From assembly GCF_963921235.1 (NCBI RefSeq), contig NC_086097.1, forward strand, positions 213,778,001 to 213,842,000: 64,000 nucleotides of DNA, in the 5' to 3' direction. Source of the stretch: Mobula hypostoma (taxonomy: Eukaryota). Below the pieces are notes generated by a model. The model did no database searches. It saw only the letters and a program-made list of their open reading frames with translations, and had not been told where the DNA came from. The position numbers and the translations under genes are program-made. Positions within the stretch are counted from its first letter, which is position 1. Each line of letters starts with the position of its first letter. Shown in pieces: positions 37,105-49,545 of this stretch.

Positions 37105-37240
37105 TAAGCACAGATGCTAGAAATGTGAAATAAAAATAGAAAATTCTGGAAACACTCAGCAGGCTGGGCAGCATCTGTGAAAAGAGAAATAGAGTTATTT
37201 TTCAGGTCAAAGAACCCTTTGTCGGAACTGGGAAAGAGAG
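37105..37240 (-). mobile_element. Older PLE terminal-repeat copy; related remnants at about 38236-38300, 39090-39340, 45805-45925, 53253-53290 and 63803-63855
   Basis: cagatgctagaaat...ctcagcaggctgggcagcatctg...tttcaggtc; a diverged version of the 16558 terminus. Confidence 0.7.
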
Positions 37241-39883
37241 ATAAATTATGAATTGCAGATAATGATGGGAAGGAAGGAGTGGGGCAAATGAAGTTTGGTT
37301 GTCATGGGGATAAACTGCGAGGTAAATGGGAATGTCATTACAAGGGGAGAGTACAAACAAAGAAGCATAATGTGTTGAATATACTTGTGTGACTTGTAGC
37401 ATGAATCATCTGTGTTGTCTTTTTCTGCTCCTCTAGTACTGTTTTCTTAGAGTCCTGGAAAAGATCTGTCCAATGACCCCTCCTTTCTCTTATCCATATG
37501 CTGTCCAAAAGTCATAAACCTAACGTCAGCTTTCACATTTTATGCAGCAACATCCAACCCTGTTTCTCTTGACCATTTCACTAACTCAAATCCTCACATT
37601 GTTTGCACTGTGTGACCATAATTTTTTTTCAATGAAATGATAGTAAAATTGAAACTATGTTGGCCCTGGTACTCACCCTACACACTAGACAAAGACTAAA
37701 TTCTTTTCCCAGGCAATTGCTGAGGATAAACCAGACCTTGGTGTTGTAGTTGATCACAAATGACCTTTGATCCCCTATTTACTCCTTTACCAAATCAATC
37801 TCTTTCCACCTCTGGTACAATGCACTGCTGGCTCAGTTTTCAAATCCGTGGTCCATGCTTTGATTACCCAAAAAATGAATATTGCAATTCCTTCTGGCCT
37901 TCCTCATATCCTCCACCAATCATTAGAACTCCTCTAAGAGTCTTGCTATTATATTCTATCTCTTATCAGGAGCCAGTTTGCTATTGCCCCTCTTCTTTGA
38001 TCAATTCTTACTTGACACTGGTTCAAGCTTGAACTTCTCATCTACAATCTTATTAACAAGTCCATCTGCAGCCACAGTCATCCCTACTGTATCTACCCTA
38101 AAAGCACTCAAATAATTCTCCGGTCTTCTTGCACAAACCAACTTTATTTATGTCTCCACTGGCAGCCATATTTGCAATTCCCCTAGACTTTTCCTAACCC
38201 TGTTAAGAAACTCCTTAAAATTAAAATAAATCAAAAATCCCTGCAGATTTTGGAAATCTGAAACAAAAAAAAAGGGTCATCCTTTACCAGAACTAGAAAA
38301 GAGAGAAGTACAGGTCTTCTTAGGTTACAGAAGACCAGATGTATGGAACGTCAACTTATGCAAATTTTCAATAAAATTTTAAAGCATTTGTTAAAAAGTA
38401 AAGTGACTTTGGAAGTTGTGGAATAGGGTTAGCAGTTAAGTTGCTCAAAAGAGAGTAAGTTTTTAAAAAACTACACATGTAATTTCTCTGGAGTAATCAT
38501 ACAGATACATTGTTTTTAAGAATACAGCTTTATATGATTTCAAAACTACAGGGCAAATCTCCTCTATTGACACTTTATCAAATAAGGTCATTTCTATCAA
38601 GACTTTAAAGCCATTAAAGCTAGACATTAGATGTGGGACATTCCATTTCTGTGCCACTGTAACTACATAGGAAGATACTAACCAAATGCTCATGATAATC
38701 AACGCTCATTAAAATTGTTTGTTTTCTAAATAATGGGAAAACTGGTTTATGAAAAGTGTTCATGAACATAGCCTTTATGTAACCAAGGACTGCCTGTAGA
38801 AGTTAGTTTTGAACAACAGGATGTGTGGGGAGAGGGATCGATATGACAAAAGGATCGCTTGGATAGGATAAGCCCAGGGTTGCTATGGAAATAAGTTGCA
38901 GAGGTCCTCCAGTCCATGACTAAATGGGGACAGCTAGGGAGTGATAATATAAATGAAGAAATTAAGTATATTGTGTATGGAGGATTGTAGGTACGCTCAG
39001 CAGATTGGGCTGTGTTGGAGAGGGAAAGCAGAGTTACAGTCACAGATGGAAACAACTAGTTCTAATACAGAGAGAGAAAGCAAGTTCAGGAGGCACATAC
39101 ACAGATGGGTCAGAGTGGGAGTGGGATGGAAAATTAAACTAGCAGGCAACGAGAAGCTGAGGGTTGCTGTTGTAGACTAGAAGCAGATGCCTGACAAAAT
39201 GTGCACTCTGATCAGCATTTGCCTTCTCCAACATAGAGGCGGCCCTATTGTGTGCAGTACAGTAGATTGAAAGTGAATTTCTGCTTCAACTGGAAGAAGT
39301 GGGTGGTGGGAAGAGGTGGAAGGGCAGCTGTCGCATGCACATGGCGAGTATTCATTGTTAAAAGATGGAAATTCAGCTGTCATCGGTCTAAGAGGGCCAA
39401 CTTTTGATTTAATAGCTCATCTGAAAAATGAAATTTCTTTACATATCATCATCTTACATTTAGCATCCACACTTTTAGATTGGGACTTCGACTCATACCT
39501 TTATAGACAAGTGTGTTCAAGTCCCACTGAACAAAACTCGGCACCTGTTAAGGATAATAAGACCACGTCCCTTTTAAATGACTCCACTGACTCAATGACA
39601 CTTTCTTTGCTAAAATTCCATATGGATTCCTACTTTAAGCATGTTTATGTGCTGGGCAACCACTTTATATCTCTTCTCCCGAAATACTTGCACTTTCATT
39701 CATTTCTAGTTAACCAATGTGTCTTTGAGCTCTCTGGGTGATGTGTTCTGTAATCCCCATCCGGGGGAAGCTCAGCCACATCTTAAAAACTCTTCTTAGT
39801 TGAAGGTTGCCCTGATATCAGAGAGTCTCCATTCATGAAACAAATACTTACTCCACAGCAGACATAAAGCCTTATAAGTAAGT

Positions 39884-40165
39884 GCCACAGTTCATAGTGG
39901 TTAGCTCAATGCTTTACAGTTCAGATGACTCAGGTTCAATTCCCACTGCTGCCTATAAGCAGTGTGTATGTTCTCCCCGTGACTACGTGGGTTTCCTCCG
40001 GGTGCTCCTGTTTCCTCGCACAGTCCAAAGACGTACTGGTTAGTAGGTCAACTGGCCATTGTAAATTGTTCTGTGATTAGGCTCGGATTAAATTGGAAGA
40101 TTGCTGGGCGACACGGCTCGATGGGCCAGAAGGACCTCTTCCGTAGTAAATCTCAATAAATAAGT
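39884..40165 (+). mobile_element. Full-length HE1-like V-SINE
   Basis: tRNA-like head (A box tagtggttag, B box ggttcaattcc); V domain gttctccccgtgactacgtgggtttcctccgggtgctcc..cagtccaaagac; CR1-like 3' end gatgggccagaagg; A-rich tail. Confidence 0.88.
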
Positions 40166-40234
40166 AAGGAAATAATACATTTTGGAGCAGTTCCAAAGAT
40201 AAACAACAAGGCAAATATAATAGTCTGCAAACTA

Positions 40235-42181
40235 TAATAGTCATAGTCATACTTTATTGGTCCCCGGGGAAATTGGTTTTCGTTACAGTTGCGCCATAAA
40301 TAATAAATAGTAATAGAACCATAAATAGTTAAATAGTAATATGTAAATTATGAAATAAATCCAGGACCAGCCTATCGGCTCAGGGTGTCTGACCCTCCAA
40401 GGGAGGAGTTGTAAAGTTTGATGGCCACAGGCAGGAATGACTTCCTCTGACACTCTGTGCTGCATCTCGGTGGAATGAGTCTCTGGCTGAATGTACTCCT
40501 GTGCCCACCCAGTACATTATGTAGTGGATAGGAGACATTCACCAAGATGGCATGCAACTTAGACAGCATCCTCTTTTCAGACACCACCGTGAGAGAGTCC
40601 AGTTCCATCCCCACAACATCACTGGTCTTACGAATGAGTTTGTTGATTCTGTTGGTGTCTTCCACCCTCAGCCTGCTGCCCCAGCACACAACAGCAAACA
40701 TGATAGCACTGGACACCACAGACTCGTAGAACATCCTCAGCATCGTCCGGCAGATGTTAAAGGACCTCAGTCTCCTCAGGAAATAGAGACGGTTCTGACC
40801 CTTCTTGTAGACAACCTCAGTGTTCTTAAACCAGTCCAGTTTATTGTCAATTCATATCCCCAGGTATTTGTAATCGTCCACCATGTCCGCACTGACCTCC
40901 TGGATGGAAACAGGGGTCACCGGTACCTTAGCTCTCCTCAGGTCTACCACCAGCTCCTTAGTCTTTTTCACGTTAAGCTGCAGATAATTCTGCTCACACC
41001 ATGTGACAAAGTTTCCTACCGTAGCCCTGTACTCAACCTCATCTCCCTTGCTGATGCATCCAACTATGGCAGAGTCATCAGAAAACTTCTGAAGATGACA
41101 AGACTCTGTGCGGTAGTTGAAGTCCAAGGTGTAAATGGTGAAGAAAAAGGGAGACAAGACAGTCCCCTGTGGAGCCCCAGTGCTGCTGATCACTCTGTCG
41201 GACACACAGTGTTGTAAGCACATGTACTGTGGTCTGCCAGTCAGGTAATCAAGAATCCATGATACCAGGGAAGCATCCACCTACATTGCTGTCAGCTTCT
41301 CCCCCAGCAGAGCAGGGTGGATAGTGTTGAACGCACTGGAGAAGTCAAAAAACATGATCCTCACAGTGCTCGCTGGCTTGTCCAGGTGGGCGTAGACATG
41401 GTTCAGCAGGTAGATGATGGCATCCTCAACTCCTAGTTGGGGCTGGTAGGCGAACTGGAGGGGATCTAAGTGTGGCCTGACCATAGGCCGGAGCAGCTCC
41501 AGAACAAGTCTCTCCAGGGTCTTCATGATGTGGGAGGTCAATGCCACCGGTCTGTCGTCATTGAGGCCACTGGGGCATGGCGTCTTCGGTACAGGGATGA
41601 GGCAGGACGTCTTCCACAGCACAGTAACTCTCCGGAGCCTCAGGCTCAGGTTGAATATATGGCAAAGTACACCTCATAGCTGAGGGGCACAGGCTTTGGG
41701 CACCCTGGTACTGACACCATCCGGTCCTGCAGCCTTGCTTGGGTTGAGACGTTTCAGCTGTCTTCTCACCTGTTCAGCCATGTGGTGGTTTCATGTGGGG
41801 GAGGGGTATAGTCATGAGAGCAGGGTGGGGGACTGTGAGGAGGGGTAGGAGGGGAGAGTGGAATATGTGTTGGTTGGGGGCCGACAACAGATGGCTCATG
41901 TGGGGGATGGGCAGCAGTCACAATGTCAAATCTGTTAAAGAACAGGTTAAGTTCATTGGCCCTGTCCGGACTACCTTCAGCTCCTCTGTTACTAGTTTGC
42001 CGAAACCCAGTGATGGTCCTCATCCCACTCCAGACCTCTCTCATGTTGTTCTGCTGGAGTTTCCACTCAAGCTTCATCCTGTACCTGTCTTTAGCCTCCC
42101 TGATCCTGGCTTTCAGGTCCCTCTGTATTGCCCTCAGCTCCTCCCTATTTCCATCTCTAAACGCCCTCTTCTTAGTGTTTA
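40235..42181 (-). mobile_element. Rex1/Babar-clade LINE, 5'-truncated, RT broken by stops and frameshifts
   Basis: WKTSCLIPVPK...RPVALTS; FFDFSSAFNTI; GAPQGTVLSP; QKFSDDS; YKYLG; FYESVVSSAIMFAVVCWG; AATAAA and (tgacta)n tail. Confidence 0.93.
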
Positions 42182-42194
42182 AGTAAGGGAAAAT

Positions 42195-43174
42195 GAGCAA
42201 CACACACAAAATGTTTCAGGAACTCAGCAGGCCAGGCAGCATCTATGGAAAAGAGTACAGTGTTTCAGGCCGAGACCTCTGTAACTTCTGCTATCTCCAG
42301 CAGGATCTCACCACCAAGCACATTTTTCCCTCCCCCAACTTTCAGCTTTCTGCAGGGATTGCTCCCTACGCGACTCCCTTGTCCATTTGTCCCCACTGAT
42401 CTTCCTCCTGGCACATATCCTTGCAGTGGAACAAGTGCTACACCTTCCCCTACACTTCCTCCCTCACTACCATTCACTTCACCTGATAGTCTGTCGGGGG
42501 TCATCTACTGCATCCGGTGCTCCCAGTGTTGCTTCCAGTATATCGGGGAGACCCAACACAGATTGGGAGACCGCTTCGCCGAGCACCTACGCTCCATCCA
42601 CCAGAAAAAGCGGGATCTCCCAGTGGCCACCCCCATTCCCATTCTGATGTGTCAATCCATGGCCTCCTCTATTGATACGATGAGGCCCACTCAGGTTGGA
42701 GGAGCAACACAATGTATTCCGTCTGAGTAGCCTCCAAGCTGATACCATGAACTTCCGGTGAATCACACCCCCACTTCACCATTTTCCATTCCCATTTCTC
42801 TCTCTCACCTCATCTCCTTACCTACCCATCACCTCCCTCTGGTGCTCCTCCTCCTTTTCTTTATTTCATGGTCTTCTGTCTTCTTCTATCAGACTCCCCC
42901 TCCTCCAGCCCTGTATCTCTTTCACCCATTAACTTCCCAGCTATTTACTTCATCCCTCCTCCTCCCGGTTTCACCTATCACCTTGTGTTTCTCTCTCCCC
43001 TCCCCCACTTTCTTACTCTGACTCCTCGTCTTTTTTTCGAGTCCTGATGAAGGGTCTGGGCCCGAAACATCGATTGTACTTTTTTCCATAGACGCTGCCT
43101 GGCTTGCAGAGTTCCTCCAGTACTTTGTGTGTGGTGCTTGGATTTCCAGCGTCTGCAGATTTTCTCCTGTTTGT
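42195..43174 (+). mobile_element. PLE 3' fragment with an inverted 5' terminal-repeat segment
   Basis: 13-bp TSD agtaagggaaaat (42182-42194, 43175-43187); GVIYCIRCSQCCFQYIGET...RFAEH; hammerhead-like AGTC-CTGATGA-agggtctgggccc-GAAAC-ATC at 43040-43076. Confidence 0.92.
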
Positions 43175-44552
43175 AGTAAGGGAAAATATTGATTTTTTAA
43201 TTAGCAACCATATAAAGAAATTAACATAATTTATTTTTAGTAAGTAAAATATATCATACGTGAATGTTTTGTTGACCAGTAATTGCTCTTAGTAAAGCAT
43301 CAACTCCAATGTAGTTAACAAGACAAGGCAGTGCACAGTAATAAAAGCTGCAAAGAAGTTGATAAAATGACAGTGACAGAGCTTACAAAAGGACTGAGTA
43401 ACTGGATGAGGGAATATGCCAATAGCTGGGCATAATGACACAAGCCATATGGCTTAGGGAGAAGAGGCACAGAAGGGATGTAGCACAGCTGGACTATCAC
43501 AGCAGGAAGAGCCAAGGGGAATATCAGCCACACAGTAAAACATCTGGAATAGCAAGGAAGAGCCATAAAGGAGCACTCTCCAAATGGAGCTGTCAGGCTG
43601 CTCTTCAGTTCAAAATAATGAAGGTTCTGGGGACTGGACAGGATTAGGTTTTTTAAAAAGGCAATGTTTTCACAGCATTTTGCATATTATAATAAAACAA
43701 TTCAATTAATGACCGACCAAGTAATTAGTGTTTGATAACCAATGAAAAAACACAAATTTCAAGTCTGTGGGGTAGACCTGGACTTTTATGCAAATTTCAC
43801 ATCTTTCTCAATTTTTGTTCATGCTGATTTAAACAGATATAAAAATCAGGAGAGGTGTGAAGCAGGCTGTTGACTCTTCGTCATTTTACACTTGCACAAA
43901 GCTAAAATAACACCTTCATCTTTGTCACAAAAATGTTCATAAAATAGGATTAGTCTCTCAGATATACCAGCTAAAATTAAACCCAGTCATCAACACCAAT
44001 CTGACTTTACTGAAGGAAAGCTCTAATAAGATGTCATCAGATTCTGTTCACACCCAAAGAACTGTTTCAACTTCACTAAACACTAAAACTCATGATTATG
44101 CTTAATGAACTGCATCAGTTTTCCGTAGAAAGCTCAGAATATTCACTTAGTCTTGGCCTTTGCCATAAACTCGTTCTGTCCAGATCCTCTGGAGGAGAGG
44201 TTTAGGCTGGGCTTTTATCTCTCTATCAGTTTTCCGTGGGCTTCTGAGTCCATGTTTCTGTTGTGGTTCGGATCGCCAGCCAGGAGAACATCAGGACTGA
44301 TGTTGAATACTGTGCAGAGGAACCTGACTTTTAGCAAGGTACGCCACCCTAATCCATTTCTGCAGATGCAAACCAAAGAATGAATTGGAAAATGATGCAT
44401 TCTCAGCCTTGAAAAAAATTGTTTTCCCATTTTGCAAGATTTACTCCAGGAATCCTGCGATGTTTCATCAATGAGGACAATTTAGTATCACAGCAATAAT
44501 AAACCCAATGTTGCTTTACATCTGTAGTTTGCTGATTTGAACTCTATACGTC

Positions 44553-44978
44553 TAACGTGTCCCCTAATTTTTTTATAGTTGCGCGTACCAACCATTGCTC
44601 TAAGTGCGAAATTTTTACCCAGCCTGAAAACTGTGCTGTACAAAAAAATGATGCTCTTTTGTATTATGCATACTATGAACATTAAGAATTAAATTTTAAA
44701 AATCACATACTTTTGATTTTCTTTATTAATTGAAGGGTATAATGAAACACTTTCCACTCTGATGGGAAGATTAAGGAAACAAATTCAATGTGCTAAAACC
44801 ATTTTCAGTTGGGATTGTTTATAAAGCTTCCACAGGACTAAAAAAATAAAAAAACCTTTCATGTTTCATAAACTTCTCGTCTGTCTTTATTCCAGCTGTG
44901 TGGCAACAAGGGCTATGTGCGCGGGAATATTTCAGTTACTGCACTGCCACGCACCCATACAGCTTAGAGGGAATAGTG
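44553..44978. mobile_element. Possible hAT-type MITE remnant
   Basis: Degenerate inverted ends aacgtgtcccctaa / ttagagggaatagtg resemble CAGTGTTCCCTCTAA-type TIRs; no TSD seen. Confidence 0.45.
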
Positions 44979-45417
44979 TGGAGTCTGTGCTGAATTAAAC
45001 TAAAGAGACTACATCGCTTTACCCCCTGGGACACGGAAGCTCTAATCGTCCTTCTGATGTATAATTCTGTCCCCTTGCTGATTAAATATTAAAGGCCTGA
45101 GGCTGTTAAGTCTGATTGTGTCCAAGTTGGTAGAGCTGCCTGCAGCTGAAATTTAAAGTGGATCGAGGCAGATTCTGCCCTACATTTGAGCTTCAGCTAT
45201 TTTGTGGTAAGGGAAGCTGTGTGCAAACCTTCCAGTATTGTCAGATGGAGTCGAGCAGACCATGAGCTTACTCCCTGCATTGTTTTAAGGTCTGATCAGA
45301 ATTATCTCCAGTTAACAGCTGGTGTGAGTCCTGTGGAAGCTTTATAAACAATCCCAACTGAAAATGGTTTTAGCACATTGAATTTGTTTCCTTAATCTTC
45401 CCATCAGAGTGGAAAGT
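44749..45417. repeat. Perfect 91-bp inverted repeat (44749-44839 and 45327-45417) with a 487-bp spacer
   Basis: Base-by-base reverse-complement identity; a diverged partial third copy lies at about 45712-45750. Confidence 0.95.
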
Positions 45418-46845
45418 CTTTAACTTTTTTTTATTTTCAGATATTAGTAGGTCCTCAGCTCTGCCCTGAGGAGGCTCCTTTTGGCTATTTTGCTGCTGGC
45501 TGACAAACCTAGCTTTGCAGCCTTGCAGGTTTCATACGAAGAGCATTGACTCGAAAGAATGCATGGTGCATGCTAAATTTGGAGTGGCATCGTAATGAAG
45601 AGAAGATTTTCTTCCTTTGAATTATTTAGAGGCTTGATGCTAGTTTAAGCTTTAAATTTTTACAATGTTAGGCATGCTGATTTTCAGACATCTGTAACCT
45701 TTTGTGTGAAGAAACAATCCCAACTAAAAATGATTTTAGCACATTAAATTTCAAAATTCTCATTTAAATGCTTGGCTCTGATTTTTGATTAACTAGAAAC
45801 AAAATACTGGAAATCTGAAACAGCAATAGAAATTTCTGGAAATAATCGGGAGGTCAATCAGTACCTGTGGTACTGAAACAGGAATAAAATTTTCAGGTCA
45901 ATGATCCTTCATTAGATCTGGAAAGAGTTATGTTTTATGTTGCAGTATTTATGTTCAAGTATAATCTTGGAAGAAAGAAGGAGATTATAGTTCACAACCT
46001 CAGGATGGTGCAATGTGTGGAACATAAACCAGTGTCACAAATGGGGTTTGTGCATAGCTTTGTACAAATGTGGCAAAACTCTTATTTATTTTCTAACCTT
46101 CTGATCACAAAGGCTAACATATCACTAGATTTTATACCTGGTTTTAAAAGTTTAGTAGTTTGTGTACAACCTGCTTGGACCTCCACGTTTTTTAACTTCC
46201 CACTATCCATATTATCCTTTCTTACCCAAAATGGATGACATCATATTCAGCATCAAAAGTCATCTCACTGCAGCGCTCTCCCACTTTGTTGTTACTCACT
46301 ACTCGATGGAGCAGCAGCGAGATATCTGATAAGAATGCAGTGAAAGATTGTACAGGTAGACAGGAATACGGGTAGAGGCTACAGTCACGTCAATTACGAT
46401 TTTATTAAAGATTGGAGGAAAAAGCTTGAGGGCGTGAGTTGTGTTCCTAATTCACAAGTTTAGAATCAGAATCAGATTTATTGTCACTGAATTCGATGAC
46501 GTTGTTTTGTAAATCACTAGCATGCAAAGACATAAAATCACTATAGACTACAAAACCAAATAACTAGGAATAACAAAGTGATGTCCATAAACTGTTCAGA
46601 AATCTGATGGCAGAGGGGAAGGGGAGGTTCATAGGTTTGTAGGCTGTGCTTAAGTTTCTTTGTACCTCAGGTCTCGACTAAAATGAGTAGCCTCTAGCTT
46701 AAAAATAACTTATTACTGCAATATTTAGTGGCAGTCTAAATCTCATTATTTCTATTACACATATCAATTTTGGCAAAGTACAAGGCAAAAGCTATATTAA
46801 GTTGCTACAAGAGTTCCCACATGAGTCATGATTCCAACATATAAC

Positions 46846-48930
46846 TCCAGCAATGGCTGGAATTTCAGGGAGCAATTCGGAAGGTGCAGGATAGATGCAT
46901 CCCAGAGAAAAGGAAGTATTCTAAAGGCAGGATGAGGCAACTGTGGCTGGCAAGTGAAGTCAAAGCCAGCATAAAAGCCAAAGAGAGGCCACATAATAGA
47001 GCAAAAATTAGTGGGAAGTTAGAGGATGGGAAGCTTTTAAAAACCAACAGAAGGCAACTAAAAAAGTCATAAAGAAGGAAAAGATGAAATACAAATGTAA
47101 ACTTGCCAATGATATTAAAGAGGATTACCAAAGTTTCTTCAGATGTATAAAGTGTAAAAGAGACGTGAGAGTCAATATCGGACCACTGGAAAATTACTCT
47201 GGAGAGATAGTAATGGGGAACAAGGGAAAGGCAGATGAACTGAACAAGTATTTTGCATCAGTCTTCACTGTGGAAGACATTAGCAGTATTCTGGAAGTTT
47301 GAGATGTCAGGAAGCAGAAGTGTGTGAAGTTGTCATTATTAGGGAGAAGGTGTGAGGTCTGTAGATAGATAACTCACCTGGACCAAATGGTCTACACTGC
47401 AGGGTTCTGAAAGAGGTGGCTGAAGAGAATGTAGAGGCATTAGTAATGATCTTTCAAGAATCTATAGATTCCGGCATGGTTCTGGAGAACTCAAAAGTTG
47501 CAAGTGTCACTCCATTCTTCAAGAAGGGAGAGATGCAGAAGAAAGGAAATTATAGGCCAATGTCTGAACTCAGTGGTTGGGAAGATATTAGAGTCGATTG
47601 CTAAGGATGAGTTTTCAGGGTACTTGGAGGCACATAATAAAATAGGCCATAGTCAGCATGGTTTCCTCAAGGGAAAATCATGACTGACAAATCTGTTGGA
47701 ACTCTTTGAAGAAATAACAAGCAGGATAGACAAAGGAGAATCGGTCAAAGTTGTGTACTTGGATTTTCAGAAAGCCTTTGACAAAGTGCCACAAGTTAAG
47801 AGCCGATTGTATTACAGGAAAGATTCTAGCATGGATAAAGTAGTGGCTGATTGGCAGGAAGCAAAGAGTGGGAATAAAGGGAGCCTTATCTGGTTGGCTG
47901 CCGGTGATTAGTGATGTTCTACAGTAGTCTGTGTTGGGACTGCTTCTTTTTACATTATATATCAATGATTTGGTGATGAAATCGATGGCTTTTTGGCCAG
48001 GGTTTTGAACGATAGGAAGACAGGTGGAGGGGCAGGTAGTGTTGAGGAAGCAGAGTGTCTACAGAAGGACTTTGATCAGGAGAATGGGCTAAGAATTGGC
48101 ACATGGAATATAGTGTTGGGAAGTATACAGTCATGCACTTGGGAGAAGAAATAAAAGTATAGACTATTTTCTAAATGGAGAGAAATTTCAAAAAATCAGA
48201 GTTGCAAAGGGACCTGTGGGCCCTCGTGCAGGATTCCCTGAAGGTTAGTTTGCAGGTTGAGTCGGTTGTGAGAAAGGCAAATGCAATATTAGCATTCATT
48301 TCTTGAGGACTAGAAAATTAAAGCAAGGGTGTAATGTTGAGGCTTTATAAGGCAATGGTGAGGCCTCACTAGGAGTATTGTGAGCAGCTTTGGGCCCCTT
48401 ATCTATGACAGCATGTGGTGAAACTGGAGAGGGTTCAAAGGAGGTTCACAAAAATGATTCTGGGATTGAAAGGCTTATCATATGAGGAGTGTTTGATGGC
48501 TCTGGGTCTCTACTCACTGGAATTCAGAAGAATGAGGGGTTACCTAATTGAAACCTATTAAATGGTGAAAGCCCTTGATAGAGTAGATGTGGAGATGATG
48601 CTTCTAGTGGTGGGAGAGTAGAAGACCAGAGGACGCAGCCTCAAAATAGAGGGGCATCCTTTTAGAATGGAGATGAGGAGGAATTTCTTCAGCCAGATCA
48701 TGGTGAATCTGTGGAATTCTTTGCCACGGGCAGCTGTGGAGGCCAAGTTTTTATGTATATTTAAGGCAGAGGTTGATAGATTTTTGATTGGTCAGGGCCT
48801 GATGGGATATAGAGAGAAGGCAGGAGATTGGTGCTGACAGGTAATTGGATCAGCCATGATGAAATGGCAGAACCGACTCGATGGGCCAAATGGCCTTATT
48901 CTGCTCTTAAATTTTATGGTCTTATGGTCT
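46846..48930 (+). mobile_element. CR1 LINE, 5'-truncated, degenerate ORF2
   Basis: LNKYFASVFT, KGNYRP, SQHGFLKGKS, VYLDFQKAFDKVP; 3' UTR with tatggtct tail. Confidence 0.93.
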
Positions 48931-49144
48931 AAATACTACGAATGTTTTCTTGTTTAGTTTTACATGGTTAAAGTATTAAGAAGTTGCAGCAGTTTGTGAT
49001 GGTTGACAAGGAGAAAATAATATAATTTAATTGATTTTATGATGCACCCGTAACTAAAACTCGCCATTAGAGGATTCCATTTCCAGGATTTCCAGGATTG
49101 AACTGCTTGTCGCATGAAGAGTATTTGCTGACTCCGGACCTGTA

Positions 49145-49545
49145 TCACTTGAATTCAGTGGAATGCAGAGTGACCTAATTGAAACCTATTGAACGGTGAA
49201 AGGACTTGACAGAATGGATGTGGAGAGGATGTTTCCTATGGTAGGAATGTCCAAGACCAGAAGACACAGCCTCAGAAAAGAGGGATATCTTTTTAATACG
49301 GAGATGAGGAGGAATTTCTTTAGCCAGAGAGTGGTGTATCTCTGGAATTCATTGTCACAGGCAGCTGTGGAGGCCAAGTTTTTATGTATACTTAAGGCAG
49401 AGGTTCATAGATTCTTGATTGGTATGAAGGTATATGGGAGGGAAGGCAGGAGAATGGGGCTGAAAGGAAAAATAGATCAGCTATGACGAAACGGCAGAGC
49501 TGACTCGATAGGCCAAACGTTTCTATATCTTATGGTCTTATGATC
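49145..49545 (+). mobile_element. CR1 3' fragment
   Basis: MKGLDRMDVERMFP...RNFFSQRVVYLWNSL; tatggtctta tail. Confidence 0.9.

Noticed and set aside
44215..44359. Exon-like segment readable on either strand
   Set aside because: Plausible splice sites exist on both strands and no peptide is recognisable, so neither reading can be supported.
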